From the NCBI GenBank assembly GCA_946410475.1, contig CAMKAM010000001.1:1-47985 (forward strand): a stretch of DNA of 47,985 nucleotides, read 5' to 3'. The notes under the pieces were generated by a model. The model had not been told where the DNA came from and did no database searches. It saw only the letters and a program-made list of their open reading frames with translations. The position numbers were made by a program, and so were the translations under genes. Source of the DNA: an uncultured Bacillota bacterium. GTDB taxonomy: Bacteria; Bacillota; Clostridia; Peptostreptococcales; Anaerovoracaceae. This document shows positions 37,614 to 46,590 of this stretch, piece by piece. The first letter of the stretch is position 1. Every line of letters starts with the position of its first letter.

Positions 37614-37904
37614 ATGACTAATTATGAACTGATGCTTATCCTTGACCCCGCGCTCGACGACGAGACAAGAGTACAGACTCTCGAGACAGTAAAGTCGATC
37701 ATCGATGCAGAAGGCAAAGCCGGAGAAGTCGATGAATGGGGTGTTAAGAAACTCGCTTATCCTATCAACAAAAAGCCGGAAGGATATTACGTAGTGATGC
37801 AGTTCGAGGCTGAGCCGACTCTGCCGAAGGAGCTCGACAGAAGACTCAGGATCTCGGATTTCGTTATGCGTCATCTTATCGTTAACAAAGACGAAGATAA
37901 CTAG
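37614..37904 (+). CDS. rpsF: 30S ribosomal protein S6
   Basis: I moved the start to ATG 37614. MTNYELMLILDP...WGVKKLAYPINKKPEGYYVVMQFEA. Confidence 0.93.
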   Translation: MTNYELMLILDPALDDETRVQTLETVKSIIDAEGKAGEVDEWGVKKLAYPINKKPEGYYVVMQFEAEPTLPKELDRRLRISDFVMRHLIVNKDEDN

Positions 37905-37915
37905 GAGGTCCAACG

Positions 37916-38443
37916 ATGAATCATGTTTCATTGATCGGAAGACTTACGCGTGATCCCGAAGTCAGATATTCGGGGGATCAGATGGCGATAGCCAGATTCT
38001 CGATAGCTATAGACAGGCCGCCGAGAAGAGACGGAACTAAGGAAACGGATTTCCCGAACATCGTCGTATTCGGAAAGCAGGCGGAGAACTGCGAGAAATA
38101 CCTTGTAAAAGGCAGACTCGTAGCTATCGAAGGACGTATCCAGACGGGAAGTTATACGAACAGGAACGGCGATAAGGTCTATACGACTGAAGTCGTCGCG
38201 AACAGGGTTGAATTTTTGGAATGGGGAGATCGTCAGGCGAGACAGCCGCAGACTCAGCAGTCGGGCTGGCAGCAGCCTCAGACCCAGCCGCAGAACAACT
38301 GGCAGCAGCCACAGGCCCAGCCGCAGAACCAGAACGGCTGGCAGCAGCCTGAGACAGGCTGGCAGCAGCCGTCTGCGCCGCAGCAGTCATCTGGACTGCC
38401 GCAGGGCTTCGAGTCTATAGATGACGACGACCTTCCGTTCTAG
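37916..38443 (+). CDS. ssb: Single-stranded DNA-binding protein
   Basis: OB fold NHVSLIGRLTRDPEVRY...VVFGKQAENCEKYLVKGRLVAIEGRIQ, a Q/P/W-rich linker, and the acidic tip DDDDLPF. Confidence 0.93.
   Translation: MNHVSLIGRLTRDPEVRYSGDQMAIARFSIAIDRPPRRDGTKETDFPNIVVFGKQAENCEKYLVKGRLVAIEGRIQTGSYTNRNGDKVYTTEVVANRVEFLEWGDRQARQPQTQQSGWQQPQTQPQNNWQQPQAQPQNQNGWQQPETGWQQPSAPQQSSGLPQGFESIDDDDLPF
38243..38386 (+). repeat. In-frame degenerate repeat inside ssb encoding (G/N)WQQPQ units
   Basis: The DNA motif CTGGCAGCAGCC recurs four times. Peptide: QPQTQQSGWQQPQTQPQNNWQQPQAQPQNQNGWQQPETGWQQPSAPQQ. Confidence 0.8.
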
Positions 38444-38461
38444 AGGAAAGGAGAGCTAGCC

Positions 38462-38698
38462 ATGGCAATGGATAAAAGACGTGGCGGGTACAGAAGAAAG
38501 AAAGTATGCCAGTTCTGTGCCGACAAGAATCTTACTATAGATTATAAAGACGTCGAAACACTCGGCAAGTTCGTTACAGAGAGAGGTAAGATCCTCCCGA
38601 AGAGAATCACAGGAACTTGCGCAATACATCAGAGAGACATCACCACAGCGGTGAAGAGAGCCAGAGTCGTAGCATTGCTGCCGTATTCTGCAGACTGA
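38462..38698 (+). CDS. rpsR: 30S ribosomal protein S18
   Basis: [48 protein letters not shown]. Confidence 0.93.
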   Translation: MAMDKRRGGYRRKKVCQFCADKNLTIDYKDVETLGKFVTERGKILPKRITGTCAIHQRDITTAVKRARVVALLPYSAD

Positions 38699-38712
38699 TG
38701 ACAATCATGAAG

Positions 38713-38735
38713 GGGCCGGTCTTTCTGACCGGCCC
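38713..38735 (+). terminator. Hairpin after rpsR (weak U-run)
   Basis: GGGCCGGTC-TTTCT-GACCGGCCC followed by TATGTGGTATTTC. Confidence 0.5.
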
Positions 38736-38760
38736 TATGTGGTATTTCAGGTAAAGAAAA

Positions 38761-40512
38761 ATGACTAGACAGAATCTTGAGGAGGTGCTTTCGGGAAGGA
38801 TACCGCTTCCCGCATGCGTAGTAGACGCGAACGGCAAGATCTCCGGGGTGAGCCCGAAGATCGGCGAGGTGTTCCTGTACGATTCGCTTACGGGGACCGA
38901 CTTTTTCGTACTCACAGGCATCTCGAAAGAACAGCTGAAGGATACCGCAAGGGACGGAGGGGATCTCACCCTGCGCTCACGCGACAAATCATTCAAGATA
39001 AACGTATCGTTCATGGACGAAGACGGAGATATGCTCCTGTTCTTCACGGACATGACGGAGCTTGCGGCGATGACGGCGCGCTACAAAAAGGAGCAGCCGT
39101 GCTTTGCCGTGGTCGCGGTCGACAACTACGACGAGCTCGTAGCGAGCACGGCCGATGAGAACCGTCAGTCCGTAATGACACAGATCGACAAGTGCGTCAG
39201 GAACTGGGGCGCGTCGATCGAGGCCTCCGTGACGCGGTACAATTCGCATTCGTATCTTCTCATATTCGAGAGGAGCTACTTCGACCAGCAGGAGAGGAGC
39301 CGCTTCCCCGTGCTCGACGAAGTCAGGGAGATAGATACGGACGGGGACTTCCCGATCACCTTGTCGATCGGCATAGGGATCGGGGGACAGAGTCCGCTCG
39401 ACAATGACGACAGCGCCTGTGAGGCTCTCGACCTCGCTCTCGCCAGAGGCGGCGACCAGGCTGTAGTCAAAGAAGGCGACCACATCAGCTTTTACGGCGG
39501 AAGGACGCAGACTGTCGAGAAGGGAAACAAAGGAAAATCGAGGATAATAGGGCACGCGCTGTGCAGGCTCATCGACGCGGCATCGAACATCCTCATCATG
39601 GGTCACAGAGACCCGGATATGGATGCGTTCGGAGCGGCGCTGGGAATGTACCGCCTCGCGAAGCCCAGAAACAAAAATACATATGTCGTTGTAAACAAAT
39701 ACAATGATGCCCTCAGTGTGATATATAAAGCCGCCGAGACGACCGGCGAATATGATATAGTCAAGAACCAGAGGGCAAAAGCCATCGTGGACAAGGATAC
39801 TCTGGTGATAGTGGTCGATACACACCGGCCCAGCATCTGCGAGTGTCCGGAGCTGCTGCTCCTTGCGGGCAACATCGCTGTGATAGACCATCACAGGAAG
39901 GGCGGCGAGTTCATACACAACCCGACGCTCGCTTATGCAGAGCCGTACGCATCGTCGGCTTCGGAGCTCGTGACGGAGATACTCCAGTACACGATCGAAA
40001 GAAGATTCCTCAAGAAGATAGAGGCGGAGGCGCTGCTCGCAGGCATGATGGTGGACACGAACAGGTTCTCCGTCAAGACGGGGGTCAGGACCTTTGAGGC
40101 CGCCGCATGGCTGAAGAGAGCGGGCGCAGACATCGCTGATGTCAAGAAGTTCTTCCAGGGAGACAGGGAAACTGTTCGGCTGAGGGCCCGCGGGATAATG
40201 CAGGCGGAGTTCACGGAGAACGGAGTGGCTTACTCCATCTGTGAGGGAGAGAACGAGAACGCACAGATCATCAATTCGCAGATCGCAGACGAACTACTGA
40301 CGGTACGCGGAGTCAAGGCAAGCTTCGTCGCCGGAGTCAACGACCACGGCCAGACGGTCGTCAGCGCAAGGTCGATCGGCGACATCAACGTGCAGACGAT
40401 AATGGAAGCCTTTGGAGGCGGCGGTCACATGAACACGGCCGGCGCACAGCTGGAGATAACTCCTGAAGAGGCTATAGAAAAAATAAAGAAGATCGCGGAG
40501 AAAGAACTATGA
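38761..40512 (+). CDS. gdpP: GdpP-type c-di-AMP phosphodiesterase (PAS + degenerate GGDEF + DHH/DHHA1) lacking the N-terminal transmembrane helices
   Basis: DHH motifs [22 protein letters not shown] and DHHRKG; DHHA1 motif [18 protein letters not shown]-like middle region and the conserved position between rpsR and rplI. The first ~100 aa are soluble and PAS-like. No hydrophobic helices are present and no upstream extension is possible. Confidence 0.85.
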   Translation: MTRQNLEEVLSGRIPLPACVVDANGKISGVSPKIGEVFLYDSLTGTDFFVLTGISKEQLKDTARDGGDLTLRSRDKSFKINVSFMDEDGDMLLFFTDMTELAAMTARYKKEQPCFAVVAVDNYDELVASTADENRQSVMTQIDKCVRNWGASIEASVTRYNSHSYLLIFERSYFDQQERSRFPVLDEVREIDTDGDFPITLSIGIGIGGQSPLDNDDSACEALDLALARGGDQAVVKEGDHISFYGGRTQTVEKGNKGKSRIIGHALCRLIDAASNILIMGHRDPDMDAFGAALGMYRLAKPRNKNTYVVVNKYNDALSVIYKAAETTGEYDIVKNQRAKAIVDKDTLVIVVDTHRPSICECPELLLLAGNIAVIDHHRKGGEFIHNPTLAYAEPYASSASELVTEILQYTIERRFLKKIEAEALLAGMMVDTNRFSVKTGVRTFEAAAWLKRAGADIADVKKFFQGDRETVRLRARGIMQAEFTENGVAYSICEGENENAQIINSQIADELLTVRGVKASFVAGVNDHGQTVVSARSIGDINVQTIMEAFGGGGHMNTAGAQLEITPEEAIEKIKKIAEKEL

Positions 40513-40952
40513 AAGTCATATTACTGAAAGACGTTAAGGGATCCGGCAAGGCCGGAGATATCGTGAAGGTCAGCGACGGATACGCAAGGAACATGCTGAT
40601 CCCGAAGGGCCTCGCAAAGGAAGCGACACAGGGCAACATCAAAACTCTGGAAAAGCAGAAGGAAAAGATGGCTGAGAAATTCGCAGCGGACAAGAAGGCC
40701 GCTGAGGAGCTCGCTGAAAAGATGGAGACGCTCACAGTAGATATCGTGACTAAGGGCGGAGAAGGCGGAAGGCTGTTCGGTTCCGTTACGAGCAAAGATA
40801 TCGCTGATGCTCTGAAAGAACAGCATGGCATCGAAGTCGACAAGAAAAAGGTCGTACTTGACAATCCGATCAAAGAGGTCGGCGTGAAGGAAGTCACGGT
40901 CAAGCTTTTCCAGGAAGTAAGCGCCAAGCTGAAGGTAAACGTATCGGTATAG
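40509..40952 (+). CDS. rplI: 50S ribosomal protein L9
   Basis: [40 protein letters not shown] overlap with gdpP. Confidence 0.93.
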   Translation: MKVILLKDVKGSGKAGDIVKVSDGYARNMLIPKGLAKEATQGNIKTLEKQKEKMAEKFAADKKAAEELAEKMETLTVDIVTKGGEGGRLFGSVTSKDIADALKEQHGIEVDKKKVVLDNPIKEVGVKEVTVKLFQEVSAKLKVNVSV

Positions 40953-40968
40953 AGCCGGAGGACATATC

Positions 40969-42285
40969 ATGGAAGGAAGAGTGCCGCCGAAAAACGAGGA
41001 GGCTGAACGCTCCTGCCTGGGAGCGTGCATGCTCGATGAGAGCGCCCTCTACGAAGTTGCGGGCGTCGTAAAGGCAGACGATTTCTACAACAGGAACCAC
41101 GCGGAGATATTTGAAGCGATAATGGGGCTGTACCGCAAGAACGCCCCCGTCGATTCCCTGACGGTGTCGGACGAACTGAAAAAAAGAGGATCGCTCGACA
41201 TGGTCGGAGGAAGGGCTTACGTCGCTTCGCTCTCTTCTGATGTCCCGCTGACATCCAACGCCGGAGAGTACGCGAGGATAGTATCGGAAAAGGCCGATCT
41301 CAGGCGTCTCATCTCGACAGCGGACGATATCGCCGCGAAGAGCTACGCCGAGGGCGTAGAGGCGGACAAGATGCTCGACTACGCGGAGCAGAGCATATTC
41401 GAGATCGCGCAGGGAAAGCAGAGCAAGAACGTCGTGGGTCTCAGCGACATACTCCTCGAGAGCATGGAGCAGATCAGTGAGAGGTCAAAGATGAAGGGCG
41501 ACGTCATTGGCGTTCCGACCGGCTTCATCGATCTGGACAGGCAGACGACGGGCCTTCAGAAATCCGATCTCATCATTCTTGCGGCGAGACCGTCGATGGG
41601 AAAGACAGCCTTTTCGCTGTGCGTGGCGAGGAACGCCGCCGCGAAGGGTTACAATGTAATGATATTCAGTCTGGAGATGGCGAAGGAGCAGCTTACTCAG
41701 AGACTCATCTCGCTCGAAGCGATGATCGACGCGCAGAAGCTGCGTACGGGCGATCTCGTCCCGGAGGACTGGAAGGAGATATCCAAGGCAGCCGATTCGC
41801 TGAACAGCATGGGGATATACATCGACGACACCGTATCGATATCGGTGACTGAGATGAAGAACAAGTGCAGGCGCCTCAAGGAGCAGAAGGGGCTCGACCT
41901 CATCATCATAGACTATCTGCAGCTGATGCAGCTGGGGACGGCTTCGGAGAGCAGGCAGCAGGAGATCGCGACGATATCCAGGATGCTCAAGCAGATGGCC
42001 AGGGAGCTCGAATGCCCGGTCATAGCTCTTTCGCAGCTTTCGAGAAACCCGGAGGGAAGAGGTAAGACAGACCACAGGCCCGTGCTTGCCGACATCAGAG
42101 ACTCCGGCGCCATAGAGCAGGATGCTGACGTCGTCCTGTTCCTGTATAGGGATGAGGTCTACAATCCCGAGACCGAAAATCCGGGAGAATGCGAAGTCAT
42201 CATAGCGAAACAGAGAAACGGCCCGATAGGACCGGTCTACGTCAGATGGCTCGCGAAATATACGAAGTTCGTAAACAAGTCATAG
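40969..42285 (+). CDS. dnaB: Replicative DNA helicase (DnaB family; DnaC in B. subtilis nomenclature)
   Basis: PPKNEEAERSCLGACML, Walker A AARPSMGKTAF, Walker B IIDYLQLM, and SQLSR...DIRDSGAIEQDADVV. Confidence 0.93.
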   Translation: MEGRVPPKNEEAERSCLGACMLDESALYEVAGVVKADDFYNRNHAEIFEAIMGLYRKNAPVDSLTVSDELKKRGSLDMVGGRAYVASLSSDVPLTSNAGEYARIVSEKADLRRLISTADDIAAKSYAEGVEADKMLDYAEQSIFEIAQGKQSKNVVGLSDILLESMEQISERSKMKGDVIGVPTGFIDLDRQTTGLQKSDLIILAARPSMGKTAFSLCVARNAAAKGYNVMIFSLEMAKEQLTQRLISLEAMIDAQKLRTGDLVPEDWKEISKAADSLNSMGIYIDDTVSISVTEMKNKCRRLKEQKGLDLIIIDYLQLMQLGTASESRQQEIATISRMLKQMARELECPVIALSQLSRNPEGRGKTDHRPVLADIRDSGAIEQDADVVLFLYRDEVYNPETENPGECEVIIAKQRNGPIGPVYVRWLAKYTKFVNKS

Positions 42286-42294
42286 AGGTAAAAA

Positions 42295-43566
42295 GTGAAA
42301 CTGAAGATAAACAGACCCGAAACATACTATCTTTCGAACACACAGATAGAGAATATATTTCTGGGCGAGTACATGCCGGATGCACCTTGCGAATACGTCA
42401 AGGTGTATTTGCTCGCATTGATGTACGCGCAGTCGACGGGCGAGATCGAAGCTGAGACTCTTGCGGCGGATCTCGGCATAAAAGCCGCCGAGGTGGATGA
42501 AGCATGGGATTACTGGCAGAGCCAGGGTCTGGTCAGGAAAACAGATGAAGGCATCGTCTTCCTTTCGCTGAAGGAGGATCTATACGGAAACCCGAAGAGC
42601 CGCCGGGAGGCCGCTTCTGCCCCGGCGCAGGGCAGCGCTGCAGGAACAGCAGGTCACCGCAGCGGTGCAAGGGCCGTATCGCCCGTGAAGACGTCGCGTC
42701 AGCAGCGGATCCAGACGATGTTCGATGAGATCGAGCACGTAACGAAGTCGCTCCTGGGAGGATCGCAGCTCGAGACCATCCTCGGATGGATCGAGGAATC
42801 GGGAGTGGAGCCGGAACTGATCAGCTCTGCTTTTGCTTACAGCGTCGAGAGAGGCAAGACCAACATCAGATACGTCGAGGCGGTAGTCAGGAACTGGGCC
42901 CTCGAGGGACTGAAGACGAAGGAAGACGTCGCAGAGTATCTCGAACAGATGGACCAGAGGCACTATACGGTAAGGCGCGTCATGAAGGCGCTGGGTTTCA
43001 CGAACCGCAACCCGTCCGAGGAAGAAAGGAGACTGATCCTTTCGTGGACTGACGAGCTGGGGTGCACGATGGATGAGATCCTTGACGCATGTTCGAAGAC
43101 GAGCGGGATCTCAAACCCGAATATCAACTACGTCAACAGCGTCATCAGGAACCGCAAGGCGGAAGAGAACGGAACGAAGCCCGTGGCGGGCAATGTCGTG
43201 ACGGCTTACTACGACCGCCTGAGAGAAAAGGCCGAGGCCGAGGCAGCCGAAAGACGGCAGGAGATCTACAGCAAAATACCGAGGATCGAGGAGATCGACA
43301 ACGGTCTTGTCGAAAACAACGTCGAACTGACGAAGATGCTGATGTCAGGCGGAAGGCAGAACACGGACCGCCTGCGTTTCAAGATCTCAGAGCTTGAAAA
43401 AGAAAGAGCCCGGCTCCTTACTGAGAACCGGGTCCCGATAGACTATATGGATGCGAGATATCACTGCGCGCTGTGCGGTGATACCGGGATAACGCGTGAC
43501 GGCGGAGTGTGCCGCTGCTATGAAGAGGTCAGCCGCGCTGCCGCTAAAGAGCACGCGGGGAGATAA
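42295..43566 (+). CDS. DnaD-domain replication protein with a C-terminal coiled-coil and Cys4 segment resembling a helicase-loader N-domain; no AAA+ module
   Basis: GTG start at 42295. N-terminal wHTH-like region, a low-complexity linker, and two DnaD/DnaB_2-type repeats (...ISSAFAYSVERGKTNIRYVEAVVRNWALEGLKT... and ...ILDACSKTSGISNPNINYVNSVIRNRKAE). The tail reads EIYSKIPRIEEIDN...ISELEKERARLLTENRVPIDYMDARYHCALCGDTGITRDGGVCRCYEE (C391-x2-C394-x11-C406-x-C408). The stop lies 6 nt from the convergent gene. Confidence 0.75.
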   Translation: MKLKINRPETYYLSNTQIENIFLGEYMPDAPCEYVKVYLLALMYAQSTGEIEAETLAADLGIKAAEVDEAWDYWQSQGLVRKTDEGIVFLSLKEDLYGNPKSRREAASAPAQGSAAGTAGHRSGARAVSPVKTSRQQRIQTMFDEIEHVTKSLLGGSQLETILGWIEESGVEPELISSAFAYSVERGKTNIRYVEAVVRNWALEGLKTKEDVAEYLEQMDQRHYTVRRVMKALGFTNRNPSEEERRLILSWTDELGCTMDEILDACSKTSGISNPNINYVNSVIRNRKAEENGTKPVAGNVVTAYYDRLREKAEAEAAERRQEIYSKIPRIEEIDNGLVENNVELTKMLMSGGRQNTDRLRFKISELEKERARLLTENRVPIDYMDARYHCALCGDTGITRDGGVCRCYEEVSRAAAKEHAGR

Positions 43567-43572
43567 CCTCTG

Positions 43573-44316
43573 TCAGTCCCAATCCGAATATACGATGCAG
43601 AAGACCTTTTCCGGGTCGTCCGCGTCGACGAAAGTGCTGTAAACTTTGTTGCCGTAGCGGCGGCAGATGTCCATGACTCTGTCTCCTCTGCGGCATTCTT
43701 TTTTATATGTGATCCGAAGTTCGGAGGGGTCGCCGTTGTCGTAAAGATCGTCCGGGATCGAATCGATCGCCCAGTCGATGTAGATAGCGTTGTTGACGTG
43801 GCCGTTAGTATCAGTGTCGCGCCTCTTGACCGTGAACGTGTCGCGCGAGACCTCCTCTGCCTCTTCCGGAATGGTGATCTTGTATTCAGCCTCGGCGACG
43901 TCGCGTCCGCCCTCGATGGAGTAGGAACTGAAAAAGTCAGGGTCGAGCTTTGCCGGGCGCCTTCTGTCGATATCCATGACGACCCATCTTGAGGAGGCAT
44001 AAGCCAGCTCGTTTCCTTCGGAGTCACACAGGCAGAAATCCCTGTCCGCCTGAGCCCTTCTGTAGCCCGCCGCCCATGTGTGGGCAGTGACCTGTTCGTT
44101 GTCGCGGGGAAGCTCCTTGATCTTGATCTGATAATGCAGAAGGATCCAGCCTCTGTGCTGGTCCATCAGCTTTTCCACCGGCCAGCCCGCCGCGTCGGAG
44201 TGAGCGACTGCGAGGCTCTGGAAATAGTTGGCCAGTCCCGAGATCTTCAGTGTTCCTTTGCCGCTGATCTCCGAGTAAGCGACGTTGAATGTATGATTGA
44301 ATGTGTTGTTTCCCAT
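43573..44316 (-). CDS. Acyl-[acyl-carrier-protein] thioesterase
   Basis: 247 aa double hot-dog. RRDTDTNGHVNNAIYIDW (NxHVNN motif), GWILLHYQIKI. Confidence 0.85.
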   Translation of the reverse strand: MGNNTFNHTFNVAYSEISGKGTLKISGLANYFQSLAVAHSDAAGWPVEKLMDQHRGWILLHYQIKIKELPRDNEQVTAHTWAAGYRRAQADRDFCLCDSEGNELAYASSRWVVMDIDRRRPAKLDPDFFSSYSIEGGRDVAEAEYKITIPEEAEEVSRDTFTVKRRDTDTNGHVNNAIYIDWAIDSIPDDLYDNGDPSELRITYKKECRRGDRVMDICRRYGNKVYSTFVDADDPEKVFCIVYSDWD

Positions 44317-44591
44317 ATCGTCAGTGTGCTCCTTGCTGTAGTCTTGCCTTTTGCTTATTCACGGATAGTATTTTAATACCCATGGGGCGGATATGCAAAG
44401 GAAAATCGATGGATTTGGTCGACAAAATGTTCGCTAAGGGGTCCGCGCCTTTTCTTACATGGGTGCGGGCCGCGAAAAGTGGTTATATGTTACAAATTAT
44501 GATATAATACAAGTTCGAAAAAAAGCGACCGTTTCAGACGAAAACTGTCGGCGCAGGGGAAAGAACAGGATAGATATAACAGATAGCAGAT

Positions 44592-45104
44592 ATGGCATTA
44601 TTCAAAAAGAAAAAAAGAAGAAGACGCTCCGCAAGGCGGCAGGATCCCAATGTGATCAATCTTGAAAAAGAACGCCGTGCGCGGGAACTCGACGAAGAGC
44701 TTTCAAAACAATATGAAGAGCCCGTCGAGATCAGCGAACGAACCGAAGCTTCGATGAGACGCCGCCGCCGGCAGAGAAGACGCAGGCGTACGGTATATAT
44801 CGTCGTCATCGTTGTGCTGCTCGCGATCACAGCGTGGATGGCAAGGAGCGTGGTCGAGCTGAAGATGGAGCAGAAAGAACTGGAAGCCAAACAGCAGCAG
44901 CTCGAGCAGAGAAAAGAAGAACTCAAAGAAAAGAAGAAGAAGATAAACGACAAGGACTATATCGAAGAACAGGCAAGGCAGCAGCTGAAGATGATAAAAC
45001 CGGGAGAGATACTGTATGTGGTCCCGGGTGAGAACGGCGCGGACACTGAAGGCGGAGCTAAAGATGATCAGACCGTCACGGATGATCAGGAAAGCGGAGA
45101 GTAA
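44592..45104 (+). CDS. Septum formation initiator family protein (FtsB/DivIC-like) with an Arg-rich cytoplasmic N-terminus
   Basis: Single TM helix VYIVVIVVLLAITAWMA, a coiled coil ELKMEQKELEAKQQQLEQRKEELKEKKKKI, and a DYIEEQARQQLKMIKPGEILY family motif. Confidence 0.82.
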   Translation: MALFKKKKRRRRSARRQDPNVINLEKERRARELDEELSKQYEEPVEISERTEASMRRRRRQRRRRRTVYIVVIVVLLAITAWMARSVVELKMEQKELEAKQQQLEQRKEELKEKKKKINDKDYIEEQARQQLKMIKPGEILYVVPGENGADTEGGAKDDQTVTDDQESGE

Positions 45105-45145
45105 GCGACCCGGCCGATAAGGCTGCAGCGGACAGCGGCAGATAG

Positions 45146-45706
45146 ATGGACAGTATGGAACGAATAAAAGAAGTGATAGTCGTCGAGGGAAGAGATGACA
45201 TCGACGCGGTCGGAAAGGCGGTAGACGCGGATATAGTAGCTACCCATGGATTCGGCATAGCGAAGGAGACATGGGACGTGCTGGAGTCGGCTTACGAGAA
45301 GAAGGGCCTCATCATCTTCACGGACCCGGACCACGCAGGCGAGGGAATCAGGAAGAGGCTCACGGAGAGGTTCCCGGGCTCGAAGCAGGCTTACCTCGAC
45401 AGACCGTCAGCAGAGAAAAAAGGGGACATCGGGATAGAGAACGCCTCGCCGGAAGACATACGGGAGGCGCTTTCAAAGGCCCATGCGAGCGTCTGTGAAG
45501 ACGACGGCCCCGGATATACGAATGCAGATATGAAGGCCTGGCACCTGGTCGGGGCGGCTGACGCCGCGTCGAGAAGAGAAAGGCTGGGAAAGGCGCTCGG
45601 CATAGGGAATGCGAACGCGAAGGCTTTTCTGAGGAAACTGAACGGCTTTGGGATCGGAAGAGATGAGATCGAGGAAGCCGTCAGAAAGATCGAGGCGGAT
45701 ATATGA
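45146..45706 (+). CDS. rnmV: Ribonuclease M5 (5S rRNA maturase, Toprim)
   Basis: VIVVEGRDDIDAV, IIFTDPDHAGEGIR, and the conserved pairing with rsmA. Confidence 0.88.
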   Translation: MDSMERIKEVIVVEGRDDIDAVGKAVDADIVATHGFGIAKETWDVLESAYEKKGLIIFTDPDHAGEGIRKRLTERFPGSKQAYLDRPSAEKKGDIGIENASPEDIREALSKAHASVCEDDGPGYTNADMKAWHLVGAADAASRRERLGKALGIGNANAKAFLRKLNGFGIGRDEIEEAVRKIEADI

Positions 45707-46590
45707 GCAAATCAGGCAGCAGGCCGAAGGGCGGCCGCAAGGGCGGCCCGAAAGGCGGGCAGTACAGAGCGAAAAAGAGGCTGGGACAGAACTTCCTTGC
45801 CGATCGCGGCGTGATAGAAGATATCGTTGCCGGGTCCGGAACGGGAGAGGACGATCTCGTGATAGAGATAGGTCCAGGCATGGGTGCGCTTACCGAACCG
45901 GCGGCGAAGGCGGCGAGGAGGCTGGTCGCGATCGAACTCGACAGCGATCTCGTTCCGGGTCTTAAGGCGAGGTTCGCACTGGACAGCTCTGTGGAGATAA
46001 TAGAAGGAGATATACTCGAGACGGATCTTTGCGCACTGATCGAAGAGCAGAGGGCGAAGGATCCCGGGATAGATAAGGTGCGCGTGATGGGCAACCTGCC
46101 GTATTACATCACGACGCCGATAATAATGAAGCTTCTCGAAGACGAGGTGCCGGCGGCTTCCATCACGATAATGATGCAGAAAGAGGTCGCGGAACGGATC
46201 ATGGCAGAGCCCGGCGGTAAAGATTACGGTGCGCTGAGCATAGCGTGTCAGTATCACTGCAGGGTAAGCGAAGTATGCGACGCGCCCGCTGAGGCGTTCC
46301 GCCCGCAGCCGAAGGTCGACTCAAAAGTGCTTCGGCTGGACCTCAGAGAGGAAAAGGCGGTGAGCCCGAAGGACGAAAAACTGTTTTTCGATGTCGTTAA
46401 GGCGGGCTTCTCGCAGAGGAGAAAGACATTGTCGAACTGTCTGGCATCGCTGTGCGCTGATGCGGACAATGCAAAGCAGGCCGCTGCCGGGATGCTGGAA
46501 CAGGCCGGCATCGATCCTGCGAGAAGGGCAGAGACCCTGACCATGGAAGAATTCGCAAGACTCGCAGACACTTTTGCGGAGACGAGATAA
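45703..46590 (+). CDS. rsmA: 16S rRNA (adenine1518/1519-N6)-dimethyltransferase RsmA/KsgA
   Basis: KKRLGQNFL, SAM motif VIEIGPGMGALTE, NLPYYITTPI. A G/K-rich ~24-aa N-terminal extension. ATGA overlap with rnmV. Confidence 0.92.
   Translation: MSKSGSRPKGGRKGGPKGGQYRAKKRLGQNFLADRGVIEDIVAGSGTGEDDLVIEIGPGMGALTEPAAKAARRLVAIELDSDLVPGLKARFALDSSVEIIEGDILETDLCALIEEQRAKDPGIDKVRVMGNLPYYITTPIIMKLLEDEVPAASITIMMQKEVAERIMAEPGGKDYGALSIACQYHCRVSEVCDAPAEAFRPQPKVDSKVLRLDLREEKAVSPKDEKLFFDVVKAGFSQRRKTLSNCLASLCADADNAKQAAAGMLEQAGIDPARRAETLTMEEFARLADTFAETR

Noticed and set aside
44301-44507. 68-aa Cys-rich plus-strand ORF (MCCFPYRQCAPCCSLAFC...) in the thioesterase/ftsB-like intergenic region.
   Set aside because: It overlaps the thioesterase start codon and the promoter region (extended -10 TGATATAAT at 44500-44508). 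It has no SD and no recognisable fold and is most likely spurious.
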